Of a DNA stretch of 64,000 bases, positions 46,867 through 56,543 are shown one piece after another. Source of the DNA: an uncultured virus (IMG/VR IMGVR_UViG_3300002170_000002). Taxonomy: Duplodnaviria; Heunggongvirae; Uroviricota; Caudoviricetes. Under the pieces are notes generated by a model. The model worked only from the letters and a program-made list of their open reading frames with translations. It did no database searches and was not told the DNA's origin. A program made the position numbers and the translations under genes. How positions within the stretch are numbered: position 1 is the stretch's first letter; the number at the start of each line of letters is the position of its first letter. The stretch is from positions 1 through 64,000 of the IMG/VR virus record IMGVR_UViG_3300002170_000002. One strand, given 5' to 3'.

Positions 46867-47391
46867 TTAATCTTCAATTTTTTCTTTGTTTAGGCTTAAC
46901 TGCTTCTCCACAATTCTGGAAGTGAGAATCTTCTTACAGCTGTTCATCATTTCCATGGCTGTATCTGCTCTGTGCTTTAGTTTCTTATGTGCATTACTAT
47001 AAGCAATATTTAATAATCTTTCTTCTGTACTCTTTGCTTCCGCTGTAGATTTCTTGACTGTGTCTGTGCCTGTAGCTTTGAGTAGAGTGTCATTGTATTT
47101 ATCTCGTACCATCTCTCTGGCTATGGCATCCTTTAGAGCCACACTCTCTGCCTTGGCTCCTGTGTAATAAACTAACATAGGAATAGTGAGAATCACTCTC
47201 TCTAATTCTGAATCCAATAGGTCTCCTTCTTCCATGAAGGAATACACTACACTCATAAAGCTATCTAACTCTTGGGCATATTCTTCTACTATCTTTTCTG
47301 TCAGTTCTTCTAATTGCTTATGAGATTCTTCTAACACAAAAGCTGTGTCTTTGTTTCTTTCTTCTGCTACTTCTTGGGATAATTTATTCAC
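46867..47391 (-). CDS. Helical protein, possible UvsY-like recombination mediator
   Basis: Predominantly helical composition; near recA. Function is inference. Confidence 0.5.
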   Translation of the reverse strand: MNKLSQEVAEERNKDTAFVLEESHKQLEELTEKIVEEYAQELDSFMSVVYSFMEEGDLLDSELERVILTIPMLVYYTGAKAESVALKDAIAREMVRDKYNDTLLKATGTDTVKKSTAEAKSTEERLLNIAYSNAHKKLKHRADTAMEMMNSCKKILTSRIVEKQLSLNKEKIED

Positions 47392-47412
47392 TTCTTTCCC
47401 TCCCCCATTATC

Positions 47413-47640
47413 TTAATCCATTAAGTCTGCTAAGGGGCTTACATAACGTACTGCATAGAATTCATCATTTCCATAAAAGTTGTCTGATTCTTCAATGGCT
47501 TCTCTGGGAATATAGTCATATTGTTCTTTCATAAAATCATACACTAATTGCTTTGCCTGTTCCCTTGAAAAACTTATCACAGGGCTTACGTTTACTAAAG
47601 AGCTATTAAGCACCCAGACTTCTTTATTCATATTGTTCAC
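47413..47640 (-). CDS. Hypothetical protein
   Basis: ORF track. Confidence 0.6.
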   Translation of the reverse strand: MNNMNKEVWVLNSSLVNVSPVISFSREQAKQLVYDFMKEQYDYIPREAIEESDNFYGNDEFYAVRYVSPLADLMD

Positions 47641-48208
47641 GCAACCACACTCCTTTCTCTAATTTTCCAAACTCTCTGGCTAAATCAAATATATTTGATA
47701 GGTCATATTTATAGTATTTCTGCTTCAAGGTTGCATTCAAGGGAATTACCTTTAACTCACCCTCCCTAACCATTTTCATAGACAAGGTTTTCCTTCCACT
47801 CAACCTATGTCTTGCTAATTCATCTACTGGTACTGCAAAATTTCCATCTTCCTGCCCAATAAACCAAAAGAAAAATAGTGAATACACCCCACCTATCTGA
47901 TGCTTATTAATTAGCCCTGCCCATTGATTGGGTCTTATGTCTCCATTGTATCTGATATGGGTTTGCTTCGTTGTCTTACATTCTACAAACAATAGAGTAG
48001 GTTCCTTGAAGGCTATAAAGTCTGCAATCTCACTGGTTTCTTGGAAGGTGGAAGAGAATCTATCTTTCGCATCCTTGATTCTATCTACACTACATCCTTC
48101 TACTTCATTAAAACCTGTACGAATTGCTTTCTCATATTGCTTCCACTCCTGTACTCCTCTTTTCCTTCCTCTCTTTCCTTGTTTTTTTGTTACCTTTTTC
48201 TCTGCCAC
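47624..48208 (-). CDS. RecU-like Holliday junction resolvase
   Basis: YE..I, RIKD, ADF, FVECKTT and IRPNQW.GL motifs. Confidence 0.75.
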   Translation of the reverse strand: MAEKKVTKKQGKRGRKRGVQEWKQYEKAIRTGFNEVEGCSVDRIKDAKDRFSSTFQETSEIADFIAFKEPTLLFVECKTTKQTHIRYNGDIRPNQWAGLINKHQIGGVYSLFFFWFIGQEDGNFAVPVDELARHRLSGRKTLSMKMVREGELKVIPLNATLKQKYYKYDLSNIFDLAREFGKLEKGVWLREQYE

Positions 48209-48232
48209 TCTCTCACCTAATTAAATATCTGA

Positions 48233-48565
48233 TTATATATCTGTTGTAATAATTCTCTCATACTCTAACCACTGGTTGGCATCTCCTTGCTCTACCTTTG
48301 CTATTTCTAAAATAGAAGAGATTAATACTACCTCATCTTTATGGGAGAAGAGGAAACTTGTATATGCTCTATGCCAATACAATAATAATATTCCTTCCCT
48401 CCCATCTTTTAGTGTAATTTTATCTCCCTCTGCCGCTGCTCTAAACGAGTTATCAGATGCACAAATACCTTGGTGAGCTTTTATTCTTGCCCTACCAAAT
48501 CCCTTGCCATGAATATGTCGAATATGAGCCTTTGCTCTCTTTTTCTTCTTCTCTTTCTGCTCCAT
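48233..48565 (-). CDS. Hypothetical protein
   Basis: ORF track; operon spacing. Confidence 0.6.
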   Translation of the reverse strand: MEQKEKKKKRAKAHIRHIHGKGFGRARIKAHQGICASDNSFRAAAEGDKITLKDGREGILLLYWHRAYTSFLFSHKDEVVLISSILEIAKVEQGDANQWLEYERIITTDI

Positions 48566-48569
48566 TCCC

Positions 48570-48938
48570 TTAGTGGATTTCTATATCAGGAGATTGAGGT
48601 GGGTCTGGAAGGAAGCTGGATTGGTGGATGTCTCTTTCATGTAGAGGGGTCTTTCTAAATCTATCAATCAAGGCTCCTACTACTCCTCTCTCTACTCTGG
48701 GAATTGTAACCCAATATCTTTCCCAACAAATGGCTTGGTTGAACCTAAGTAGGGGGATTTCATAGACTACATCTTCTTTGTATTTTATAAGGATTGTTTC
48801 TCCATCTGATTCTGTACTGAATTCATCTAAGGAACCTACCTCGGTTTCAAACTCTTCTAAGGTTAAAGTTCTAACAGTGTTGTTCATCTCTTGCATCTCC
48901 TCTGCTTCAATTCTCTTTAGTGCTCTTTTCTTATTCAT
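48570..48938 (-). CDS. Hypothetical protein
   Basis: ORF track; operon spacing. Confidence 0.6.
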   Translation of the reverse strand: MNKKRALKRIEAEEMQEMNNTVRTLTLEEFETEVGSLDEFSTESDGETILIKYKEDVVYEIPLLRFNQAICWERYWVTIPRVERGVVGALIDRFRKTPLHERDIHQSSFLPDPPQSPDIEIH

Positions 48939-49158
48939 CCTCTTCTCCTTTGGTTCCTTTCCTTGTCTTTCTTACTACTCTCTCTCCTGTGTCTCTATCC
49001 ACTTCATACCCCATTCTATAAGTCCATAGGGGGCAATCAGTTAGGATACATAACTCTACTTCTTTTCTTTGCTGGCAAGTACAATCTAAGCATTTGGCTC
49101 TAATGGCTTGACCTCTGGTTAATCTCCTGCTTTTCTTAGGGGTTGTTTTCTTTGTCAT
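48931..49158 (-). CDS. Small Cys-rich protein (AIRAKCLDC...EV.LC...CPLW.YR.G)
   Basis: Four-Cys motif common in phage hypothetical proteins. Confidence 0.75.
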   Translation of the reverse strand: MTKKTTPKKSRRLTRGQAIRAKCLDCTCQQRKEVELCILTDCPLWTYRMGYEVDRDTGERVVRKTRKGTKGEEDE

Positions 49159-49173
49159 AGTATCTCCCTTTCT

Positions 49174-49851
49174 TTATTTTGCTTCATCACAGTAAATTTT
49201 ATATCTACAGTATCTACAATTGGATGAACTGGGCTCTGCTATCGGTTCTTTGTTTAGAGCAAAAGCCTGCTCTGCAATCTGGATTCTTTTTAGGATGATA
49301 TCTTTTTGTTCCTCTGTAGGTTCAAACACATAGGCTTTCTTTAGGCATCTATCCCTGTTCTCATAGAGAAACATAACCTTAGGGATTTCAAAAGCGATAG
49401 AGTAAACGGTTGCTTGGTCATAATGGTCTGGGTCTACTGCTTTTCTCTTATCCCATTTCTTGGAGGTCTCTGTCTTTATCTCTAAAATAAATAACTCATC
49501 CATAAATTCAATGATACCATCACAACGAAAGGATAGGTGTCTTTCTTTATCAAATAATTGTAGCTCCAATCCTTCTCTGTCTCTGATTTCTAAATGGTCT
49601 AAGTTATTCTCTTCAATATACTTCTCAACATCCACCCATTTAATCTTTGTAGATTGGGCAATCTGATGTTGTAATCTATCATGTCTATCTGTGCCACTCT
49701 CTGTAATTCCAATCATATGATGCTCTCTTGGAGTGGGGTCAGTCTCATACCCACTTCTTTTGTAGAACATATTCCTTGCACATTTCATAGAGGAAGGGGC
49801 ATAGGCTGTGGAGGGTATTCTTTGTACATCCTGCTCCTGAATACTTTCCAT
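49174..49851 (-). CDS. Cas4-like PD-(D/E)XK exonuclease; may start upstream at 49983/49989
   Basis: PSS.KCAR, GT.RH, DGII, LEIKT, Q...Y and C-terminal CRYCRY..YC. Confidence 0.88.
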   Translation of the reverse strand: MESIQEQDVQRIPSTAYAPSSMKCARNMFYKRSGYETDPTPREHHMIGITESGTDRHDRLQHQIAQSTKIKWVDVEKYIEENNLDHLEIRDREGLELQLFDKERHLSFRCDGIIEFMDELFILEIKTETSKKWDKRKAVDPDHYDQATVYSIAFEIPKVMFLYENRDRCLKKAYVFEPTEEQKDIILKRIQIAEQAFALNKEPIAEPSSSNCRYCRYKIYCDEAK

Positions 49852-49998
49852 GAGGGTTGAAAGAAAACTATACGCATATCCTCCTCTGGTTTGCTTATCC
49901 TTTCTCTCTTCCCTCCATTCTTCATACCCCTCTTCAGTAGTTTTATCCTGAAGTTGTTTGATTATGTCTCTTGGTTTAGCTATGTCAATGCATCTCCT

Positions 49999-51048
49999 TT
50001 ACTTTTCTCTTACGCCCATCACAACTATCTTCACTGTCTCATCTTTATTGTAAGCAAATAACATATCTTGATGTACCAGAATATATATCTCTTCTTCTAA
50101 TTCATCTAAGAAAGAGATGAAGGTCTTTAGATGCTCTGTGGCAAATGTAGCTTGCACTTCTTCTCCCTCTCCCCTTATATCAATCTCCCTGCATCCATTT
50201 TGTGCTAATAACTCCAGTCTATAAGGCGTTCTGTTGAACGATAGGACTTCGGGAGCGTTGTAGGTCATCTCAGAAATTGCATCTTTTAACTCGGTGCTGC
50301 TGACCTCCCAGAAGCCTTCTTTAGATAAGAAAACATTCTCAATATCCTGATAAGGGTAGTCTTTGGTAGGGTAGTTCCCACAATAGATAGAAGTATCTTC
50401 ATGATTGATAGATAAAATATTCTCTGCATACTGTAAAATCTTTTCATCTCCTAAGAATGATTTCCCAATTTGATGGGGGATAAGAAAGCTCTTCGAGATA
50501 GGGTTATCCAACATCACCTTCGCAATGATGTAATTGTTCGTTGCATACACCCCCTCATTCGACACAAAAAGATTATTTAATTGGGGGATAGGAGAATCAG
50601 ATAATTGTAATAACTTAGGTAATAGTTTTTGATTCCTCCCACCCTCTAATGATAGGTCTGCAATCTCTTTTATCTCCCCCTCTTTAGGAATAGGGGTTGC
50701 GGGTACAAATTCATTCCCTGTATCTACATAAGCAGGAAATTCATGAGAGCTGCTTCCTGTCTTTAGAGTAATAAACCCTGTCTTATAACTAAGGGTAATC
50801 TCTTTGCTCTTTAGTTTTCTAAGAAGAGCTGTGAAGTCTTTGAAGTTAATTGATACGCTGGCTTCCCCTTCAAAAGGAATGTCAGCTAAGAAGATAGAAG
50901 TAACCTCTTGATTGGTTACAGAAAACTTTACTCTTCCTTCTCCCCCTTCTATCCCTAACATCTCTGCAATGGGGAGGAAAGAGAAAGTCTTAACAGAAAT
51001 ACTATCTCCTAATATCTTTAATTGTTTTACTAAATCATTTGCTTTCAT
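49999..51048 (-). CDS. Sliding clamp (DNA Pol III beta-like)
   Basis: About 350 aa; TNQE, ATN.Y.IA and YP....F features; next to the polymerase, with a clamp loader in the same module. Confidence 0.65.
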   Translation of the reverse strand: MKANDLVKQLKILGDSISVKTFSFLPIAEMLGIEGGEGRVKFSVTNQEVTSIFLADIPFEGEASVSINFKDFTALLRKLKSKEITLSYKTGFITLKTGSSSHEFPAYVDTGNEFVPATPIPKEGEIKEIADLSLEGGRNQKLLPKLLQLSDSPIPQLNNLFVSNEGVYATNNYIIAKVMLDNPISKSFLIPHQIGKSFLGDEKILQYAENILSINHEDTSIYCGNYPTKDYPYQDIENVFLSKEGFWEVSSTELKDAISEMTYNAPEVLSFNRTPYRLELLAQNGCREIDIRGEGEEVQATFATEHLKTFISFLDELEEEIYILVHQDMLFAYNKDETVKIVVMGVREK

Positions 51049-51061
51049 CTATCTTTCCTTT

Positions 51062-51325
51062 CTACGAAATAAAGTAATCAGGTTCAGAAGTCATATCCGT
51101 TATCTCTATCACTCCTATCTTAATACCTTGTCTCTCTATCTCTTTTGCCATCACAGATGTATATAGTAGAGCTTGCTCAAAATCCATACATTCTACATTT
51201 TCCCATGAGTGAGCAACATATTCATCTGTGTCATCTCCCTCATCAGCAAATACTTGTATCCAATAGTCTTTCGTGGTTTTTATCTCTTGCGCTAATCTGT
51301 TCTTTTTCAATCTTTTTTTATCCAT
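51062..51325 (-). CDS. Hypothetical protein
   Basis: ORF track; overlaps the polymerase stop. Confidence 0.6.
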   Translation of the reverse strand: MDKKRLKKNRLAQEIKTTKDYWIQVFADEGDDTDEYVAHSWENVECMDFEQALLYTSVMAKEIERQGIKIGVIEITDMTSEPDYFIS

Positions 51326-53531
51326 TTAGTTCTTCCCACAGCTCATCTGTCATTTCTCCTGTCCATCTACTTTCAATCTCTACATCCACTGAGATGTCCA
51401 TATCCATTTCTTTCCCTGAAGCTATCATACAATCTTCCAATATCTTTGCTCCTTCCTCTGCATATTCAATAGGAATCTGGGCTAAGATTTCATCATGGAT
51501 AGGAAGAATAACTCTCCCACCAATCTCTCTAAATCTTTCATTCTCATCAATGAGAAGTAAAGCAATCTTTGTCATATATGCAGCTGTTCCTTGGACAATG
51601 GAGTTAACACATTGTCTCTCTGCTTTTGCAATGTATCCAGAATTATCTTTAATTATCCACCCAGCATCACTGGCTTCTTCTATTAGTTTGTCCATCTTTA
51701 TCTTCTTTTCACTAAAGGGTTCTCTGGCATTTTGAATCCGATAATATCTCTTCTCCCAATACTGTCTGGTCTCAAAATCCGACTCCCCTTTCTTCTTTCT
51801 AATGGAAACTCTGGGTAAATTAATATCTGGCAATCTTCTCTTACTGCCCACATACGTATTAACATACCCGTATTGCTTTGCATGGTTAATAGAATCTTCC
51901 ATGAAACTCTTTAGTTCGGGAAAGGCATCCATTACCTTGTCATAAATATCTTGGGCTGTGTCTCTGCTAATCCCTAAGTCTTGTCCGATGGATGTAACTC
52001 CCTTACCAAACATAATACCCAATACTACTGCCTTTGCATTACTTCTTCTTTCCTTCCCATCTGAAGTGTCATCTAAGCAATCTTCATAAGGAACTCCGTA
52101 AGCTAAGGATGCCATGGCTGAGTAGATATCTTTCCCTTCCCTAAAAGCTTCTAACATTTTCTCATCATTCGACACATAAGCTGCAACCACCATCTCTTGC
52201 TTGGAGTAGTCTCCAGAAATGAAGATATGATTTTCATCTGGAATTAAGGTCTTTCTGATAAACTTATCATGGCTGGGAATCTGCTGTAGGTTAGGGTCTT
52301 TGGAACTAAATCGCATGGTAACAGTTCCTGTAGGGTTCAGTCTGGTATGAAGCTTCCCATCTGCGCTAATCATCTCTGGTAGCTTCTCAATGAAGTTTTG
52401 TACTAAGGTAGTGTACCTTTTATATTCTAAAAGGGCTTGGGTGAAGGGAGTGCCTAAACTCTCTAACACAAACTTATCTGTGCTTCTGGGTTTCTTTTTG
52501 GTTAAAGTATGTTCATATCCCATGATGTCATACATCAATACTGCTAACTGTTCAGATGAATTGAAGTTAATCTTCTTGTCTAATTTCCCTTCCTCTTTCT
52601 TTTTCTCTATTTCTTCCTTGAAGGGGTAAAGAGATTCTAATATCTCTTCTTCGTGTCTTTTTATATTGGCTGTGTAAACATCTAAAAGCTTTTGGTTTAA
52701 TTCATGGTCAATATTAAATCCCACATCCTCCATCTTAGATACAATATTTAATACAGGCATCTCTATATTCCAGAATACTTTTCCTACTTGCTGTAGGTCT
52801 TTTTTATTGAAGAACGGATGCTGGAACTCATACAGCTTATAGGTCATATAGGTATCGTGAGCAGCATAGTATCTCATATTCTCAATGGGAATTAAGTTTA
52901 CTGGGATGTTCTTAAATAAATCCTTAAAGTAAATTGGGTCTCCTTTTCCCTCACAAAATTCATCATACAAATCCTTTAAGCTATTGCTCTTCTGGTTCTC
53001 ATTCAGCATCCTCATGGCTGTGTAGGTGTCGTAATATGCTTCTAAATCCACACCAAATGTATGCCTAATAAATCTGGTATCGAATGTGGTGTTGTGAAAG
53101 ATGAGTTTCTCTTCCGAAATGGAAGAGAAGAAACGGGCAACCTCTTCTTCAGATAATTGCCCGTCAATTCTTTCCTGTGTAATGTAACTAATGTGATTGA
53201 CAGGGATGTAAGCTGGGGGCAAGGTTGGGGTATACACACTGAATCCTACCACCTTATCACTAATGGGGTCTAATCCTGTGGTCTCAGTATCCAATGCGGC
53301 AATTCCATTACTTTTAATTTCATCTGCATACTTTGTTAGTTCTTCTACATCTGTTATTAATCCGTAATCATACCCTTTCTCTTCTAAAATAGAATCCTTA
53401 CTTCTTAACTCATCCAATGCCTTTAGGAAAGCATTGGACTTTACTGTCGGTTGAGATTTCTTTCTCTCTTGCTTTAGTTTATCTAATACATCTTTGGAAT
53501 TTCTTCTTTCTAAGCTAAAAAATCCCGTCAA
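51318..53531 (-). CDS. polA: Family A DNA polymerase with 3'-5' exonuclease
   Basis: ExoI ALDTETTGLD, ExoIII YAAHD, RFSS.DPNLQQIP, motif A GDYSKQE, motif B RSNAKAVVLGIMFG, motif C IHDEI. Confidence 0.96.
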   Translation of the reverse strand: MTGFFSLERRNSKDVLDKLKQERKKSQPTVKSNAFLKALDELRSKDSILEEKGYDYGLITDVEELTKYADEIKSNGIAALDTETTGLDPISDKVVGFSVYTPTLPPAYIPVNHISYITQERIDGQLSEEEVARFFSSISEEKLIFHNTTFDTRFIRHTFGVDLEAYYDTYTAMRMLNENQKSNSLKDLYDEFCEGKGDPIYFKDLFKNIPVNLIPIENMRYYAAHDTYMTYKLYEFQHPFFNKKDLQQVGKVFWNIEMPVLNIVSKMEDVGFNIDHELNQKLLDVYTANIKRHEEEILESLYPFKEEIEKKKEEGKLDKKINFNSSEQLAVLMYDIMGYEHTLTKKKPRSTDKFVLESLGTPFTQALLEYKRYTTLVQNFIEKLPEMISADGKLHTRLNPTGTVTMRFSSKDPNLQQIPSHDKFIRKTLIPDENHIFISGDYSKQEMVVAAYVSNDEKMLEAFREGKDIYSAMASLAYGVPYEDCLDDTSDGKERRSNAKAVVLGIMFGKGVTSIGQDLGISRDTAQDIYDKVMDAFPELKSFMEDSINHAKQYGYVNTYVGSKRRLPDINLPRVSIRKKKGESDFETRQYWEKRYYRIQNAREPFSEKKIKMDKLIEEASDAGWIIKDNSGYIAKAERQCVNSIVQGTAAYMTKIALLLIDENERFREIGGRVILPIHDEILAQIPIEYAEEGAKILEDCMIASGKEMDMDISVDVEIESRWTGEMTDELWEELNG

Positions 53532-53567
53532 TCACATTATCCCCCTTTCCTTCTTTTGTCAATCCTG

Positions 53568-54215
53568 TTAAAATCTGGGTCTACGTGTAGATTCCTCTTC
53601 TTCCTTTTCTTTTTCCCATCTTTGTTGCTCAGGGTTTCTTTCGATAGCAGTTACCATAGCATTAGCATCCATATGCCACACAGGAGAACCTTGTTTATCT
53701 AAGGAGATAACAGAATCTTTGTGCTCTGTCATATCTTCTTTATTCTCCCCTACTTTATCAAGTACATAGGTAGTTCTCTTATTTCCCTTTCGCCCATGTC
53801 TGGTGATTTCATAAGTGACTTTGGTGAGGTCTCCTTCTTTCTTCATCTCATCAATCAAGTTCAGATACCACTCATTCATCCCTCGCTCCCATACCTCTAC
53901 CTGTTCTGTGTCATGGTTGTAAAGGTTGATGAAGATACGGTTGGTTGTAATGATTTCATCTTCACACATGGGGCATTCATCAATCGAATCTTCCCGCAAG
54001 CAATCTACTTTAGAGGGGAATTTGGACTTCTCATATTTGAATAGGTGGACTCGTCTGGTGCTTTCTCCAATCTCATCTTCATTGGAGTAGAGAAAAGTCA
54101 CTGTCGCTTTGTCTTTATCATCTACCAAACGAAAGTAATTAATCTTTGGTCTCTCATCATCTACTGCATCAGGGTCTACCATTCTTTTAAGAAATTTATC
54201 ACTAATCTTTGCCAT
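53568..54215 (-). CDS. Single-stranded DNA-binding protein (gp32-like)
   Basis: YFRL.DD.D...V.FL, H...C...CPMC zinc site, VWERG and Y.I.R.G.KG...T.Y motifs. Confidence 0.75.
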   Translation of the reverse strand: MAKISDKFLKRMVDPDAVDDERPKINYFRLVDDKDKATVTFLYSNEDEIGESTRRVHLFKYEKSKFPSKVDCLREDSIDECPMCEDEIITTNRIFINLYNHDTEQVEVWERGMNEWYLNLIDEMKKEGDLTKVTYEITRHGRKGNKRTTYVLDKVGENKEDMTEHKDSVISLDKQGSPVWHMDANAMVTAIERNPEQQRWEKEKEEEESTRRPRF

Positions 54216-54220
54216 ATGTT

Positions 54221-55120
54221 TTACACCTCTCTTTTTATAATTCTTCTTTTGGTTTCTTGATTTTCAAATCTCTGCTTCTCAAACTCTTCTTCTGTAATAC
54301 CTTTCGGTAGTTCATCTAACTCTTCATCTTCTGTTTTCTCTTCTACTACTTCATCAGGCTTAATTAATCTTGGCTGTCTTGGTATCATAGGAACAAATGT
54401 TTCCTTCTTGGGGTTCCATTCATAAAATAACCCATCAATGTAAATCTTGGTCTTTCTCTCTTCTAAGGCTTTTTTCTCCACTAACCTTTCATCATACCTC
54501 ATACGACCAGTCAACCATCTATCCCTATTGATTCGGTATAATTGTCTTTCCCTTAGTTTTTGTAATCTTTTCCTCTCTTCCGCTATTGTTAGTTCAATCA
54601 ACCTCTTCATTCTTGATGGGGAAGGTGCAAGGAATCGATAACGCATATAGTAGAAGCCCCTTTTGGTTCTCCTAAAGTTCATAACCCTTTTTCCGGAAGG
54701 GGTTTTGAAGAGCGTTCGGTATCTTTTGTCTTGCTCATTAAGCTTCTTCCATGTATCCTTATGAATCAGAACCTCTAAGTAATCTCCCTTAACAGTTCTG
54801 ATAGCAAATAGAGCTCTGGTAGATGCTGGGAATCGTACATGGACTGCTTGCTTCTCTGAGATTGTGAAGTTATCCCACAACCACGTATAGTAAACATCCT
54901 CATGTAGCCACCCTTTCCGATTTTTTAATTCATCAGGTGGTACATCATTTGTTATCCTTAATTCTAATCCGTATTCTTTACATAGTTTTACAAAATATTG
55001 TAGAGCCTCTTTTGTGTCAACTCTTTTTACATTTTTATTCCTCCTTACTGGGTCAGGGGGCACACCCTCTTCAACATCCCCCAGTAATTTTCTCAAAGAC
55101 ATAGATACAATTTTTATCAC
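54221..55120 (-). CDS. Hypothetical basic protein
   Basis: ORF track; own promoter (TTGCAA-17-TATACT, 55137-55165 region). Confidence 0.65.
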   Translation of the reverse strand: MIKIVSMSLRKLLGDVEEGVPPDPVRRNKNVKRVDTKEALQYFVKLCKEYGLELRITNDVPPDELKNRKGWLHEDVYYTWLWDNFTISEKQAVHVRFPASTRALFAIRTVKGDYLEVLIHKDTWKKLNEQDKRYRTLFKTPSGKRVMNFRRTKRGFYYMRYRFLAPSPSRMKRLIELTIAEERKRLQKLRERQLYRINRDRWLTGRMRYDERLVEKKALEERKTKIYIDGLFYEWNPKKETFVPMIPRQPRLIKPDEVVEEKTEDEELDELPKGITEEEFEKQRFENQETKRRIIKREV

Positions 55121-55195
55121 CCCCTATCTTTCCTACAGTATACCACATCTTTTATGAAATTGCAAATATTATAGTGTGATAGAGTATTTTGTTAA

Positions 55196-56098
55196 TTATT
55201 TGTTAGGGTAGATTTCATGTGCAGCAAAATGCCTATGAATATCAATGTCTAACATCTCACCCACATCTTTGAAGGGATGGGGAGCAGATAATTTCTTTAC
55301 ATACTTCTTATGGGAGATGGCTTGCTGAAGTTTTTCTGCTGCCTTACTTCCAGCTTCATCATTGTCTAAACAGATATTAATTAATCTGTGATGGGAGTTC
55401 GCAAGATACTCTTCTTGTTCTTTGCTTCCTACCCCTTGTAAAGCTATGGCTGGGTAGCCCACAGACCACAGTCTTAGGGCATCAAAATACCCTTCCACTA
55501 CAGTAATTTCTTTTTCATCCCTTACTTGGTATTCCCCAAATGAAATTTTAGGTACAGAAAAATCATAAGGTGTCCTGAAATAGAATTTCTTAGAATCGAT
55601 TCTTCTAACCCCATAGCTAATCAATTGTCCAAACTGATTGACATTGGGGAAAATAACTTCTCTATCTGTTTCCACAATATAGAATTGATTAAATACTTCT
55701 TCTGTTACTCCCCTGAGATAGCAGTAGGTTTTTTCGTAATTGAATTCTAACTTATCCCTCTCTTGAATGAACTCTTGGATAGTTTTATATTCAGGTCGGA
55801 AAAATCCTCTCTGCAATTGAGCAAAATCTTTTAGTAAGTCTAAGTTCCATCTCCCTGATTCTTGGGCTTTATAGGATTCTTTTTCTTCTACTGTTAGAAA
55901 ATCTGTGATATGTCCTTTAGCTTGACAGGTAAAGCAATGATACAGTCCTGTATCTAAATGAACTCCACAGCTGGCATTCTCTTCTTTACCCTCTGCATGA
56001 TGGGGGCATTTAATCATTGCATTATTAGATACAATCTTCTCTACAGTAAATTCCAGATGTTCAATTAAATCTAAGATGGAGTAGTTACTCAAGTTCAT
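55196..56098 (-). CDS. DNA primase (CHC2 zinc finger + TOPRIM)
   Basis: CPHH...E.N.SC...YHCFTC, VVEGYFDAL, LDNDEAG and KDVGE motifs. Confidence 0.93.
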   Translation of the reverse strand: MNLSNYSILDLIEHLEFTVEKIVSNNAMIKCPHHAEGKEENASCGVHLDTGLYHCFTCQAKGHITDFLTVEEKESYKAQESGRWNLDLLKDFAQLQRGFFRPEYKTIQEFIQERDKLEFNYEKTYCYLRGVTEEVFNQFYIVETDREVIFPNVNQFGQLISYGVRRIDSKKFYFRTPYDFSVPKISFGEYQVRDEKEITVVEGYFDALRLWSVGYPAIALQGVGSKEQEEYLANSHHRLINICLDNDEAGSKAAEKLQQAISHKKYVKKLSAPHPFKDVGEMLDIDIHRHFAAHEIYPNK

Positions 56099-56543
56099 TA
56101 TCTTGCTCTCTTTCTAATCTCTCCTTCTCTTCCAATCTTTTTTGTCTTTCTTCTTTGCCTTGATAAAATTGCTGACTTAGGTCATCAGGGATTTCTCCCC
56201 TATCTACAGCTTCTAAGAATTTATCTTCATCTCCATAGTTCTCCAATACCCATGCTTCAAATAGTAAAATTTCAAACCCACTTCTTACACAATCCCTATG
56301 GGGGCAGTGATGACAATTAAAATTGCAAGGGGGTCTTATGTCCTCTAACCCTGTAGCATAATATCTTTCTGCTTCAAATTCATTTTCAACGGTTTCAAAC
56401 TGTTCTCCACATTCTACACAGTTCATAACTCTTACATAGCCTCGCCTGACAACTCTGGTACGAATTACTTTTGTATCGGGGCTGTCACAATGAGGGCACG
56501 GCATGCTCTCCCTTCTTGTTGTTTTTTTACTCTTCTTACTCAT
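56085..56543 (-). CDS. NrdR-like zinc-ribbon protein
   Basis: CPHC.SPDTKVI.TR...R...CVECG..F.TVE; second Cys cluster CNFNCHHCPHRDC. Confidence 0.7.
   Translation of the reverse strand: MSKKSKKTTRRESMPCPHCDSPDTKVIRTRVVRRGYVRVMNCVECGEQFETVENEFEAERYYATGLEDIRPPCNFNCHHCPHRDCVRSGFEILLFEAWVLENYGDEDKFLEAVDRGEIPDDLSQQFYQGKEERQKRLEEKERLEREQDNELE

Noticed and set aside
49174..49851. Cas4-like gene as evidence of a CRISPR-Cas system
   Set aside because: Stand-alone Cas4-like nucleases are common in phage recombination modules; no cas1/cas2 or array is present.
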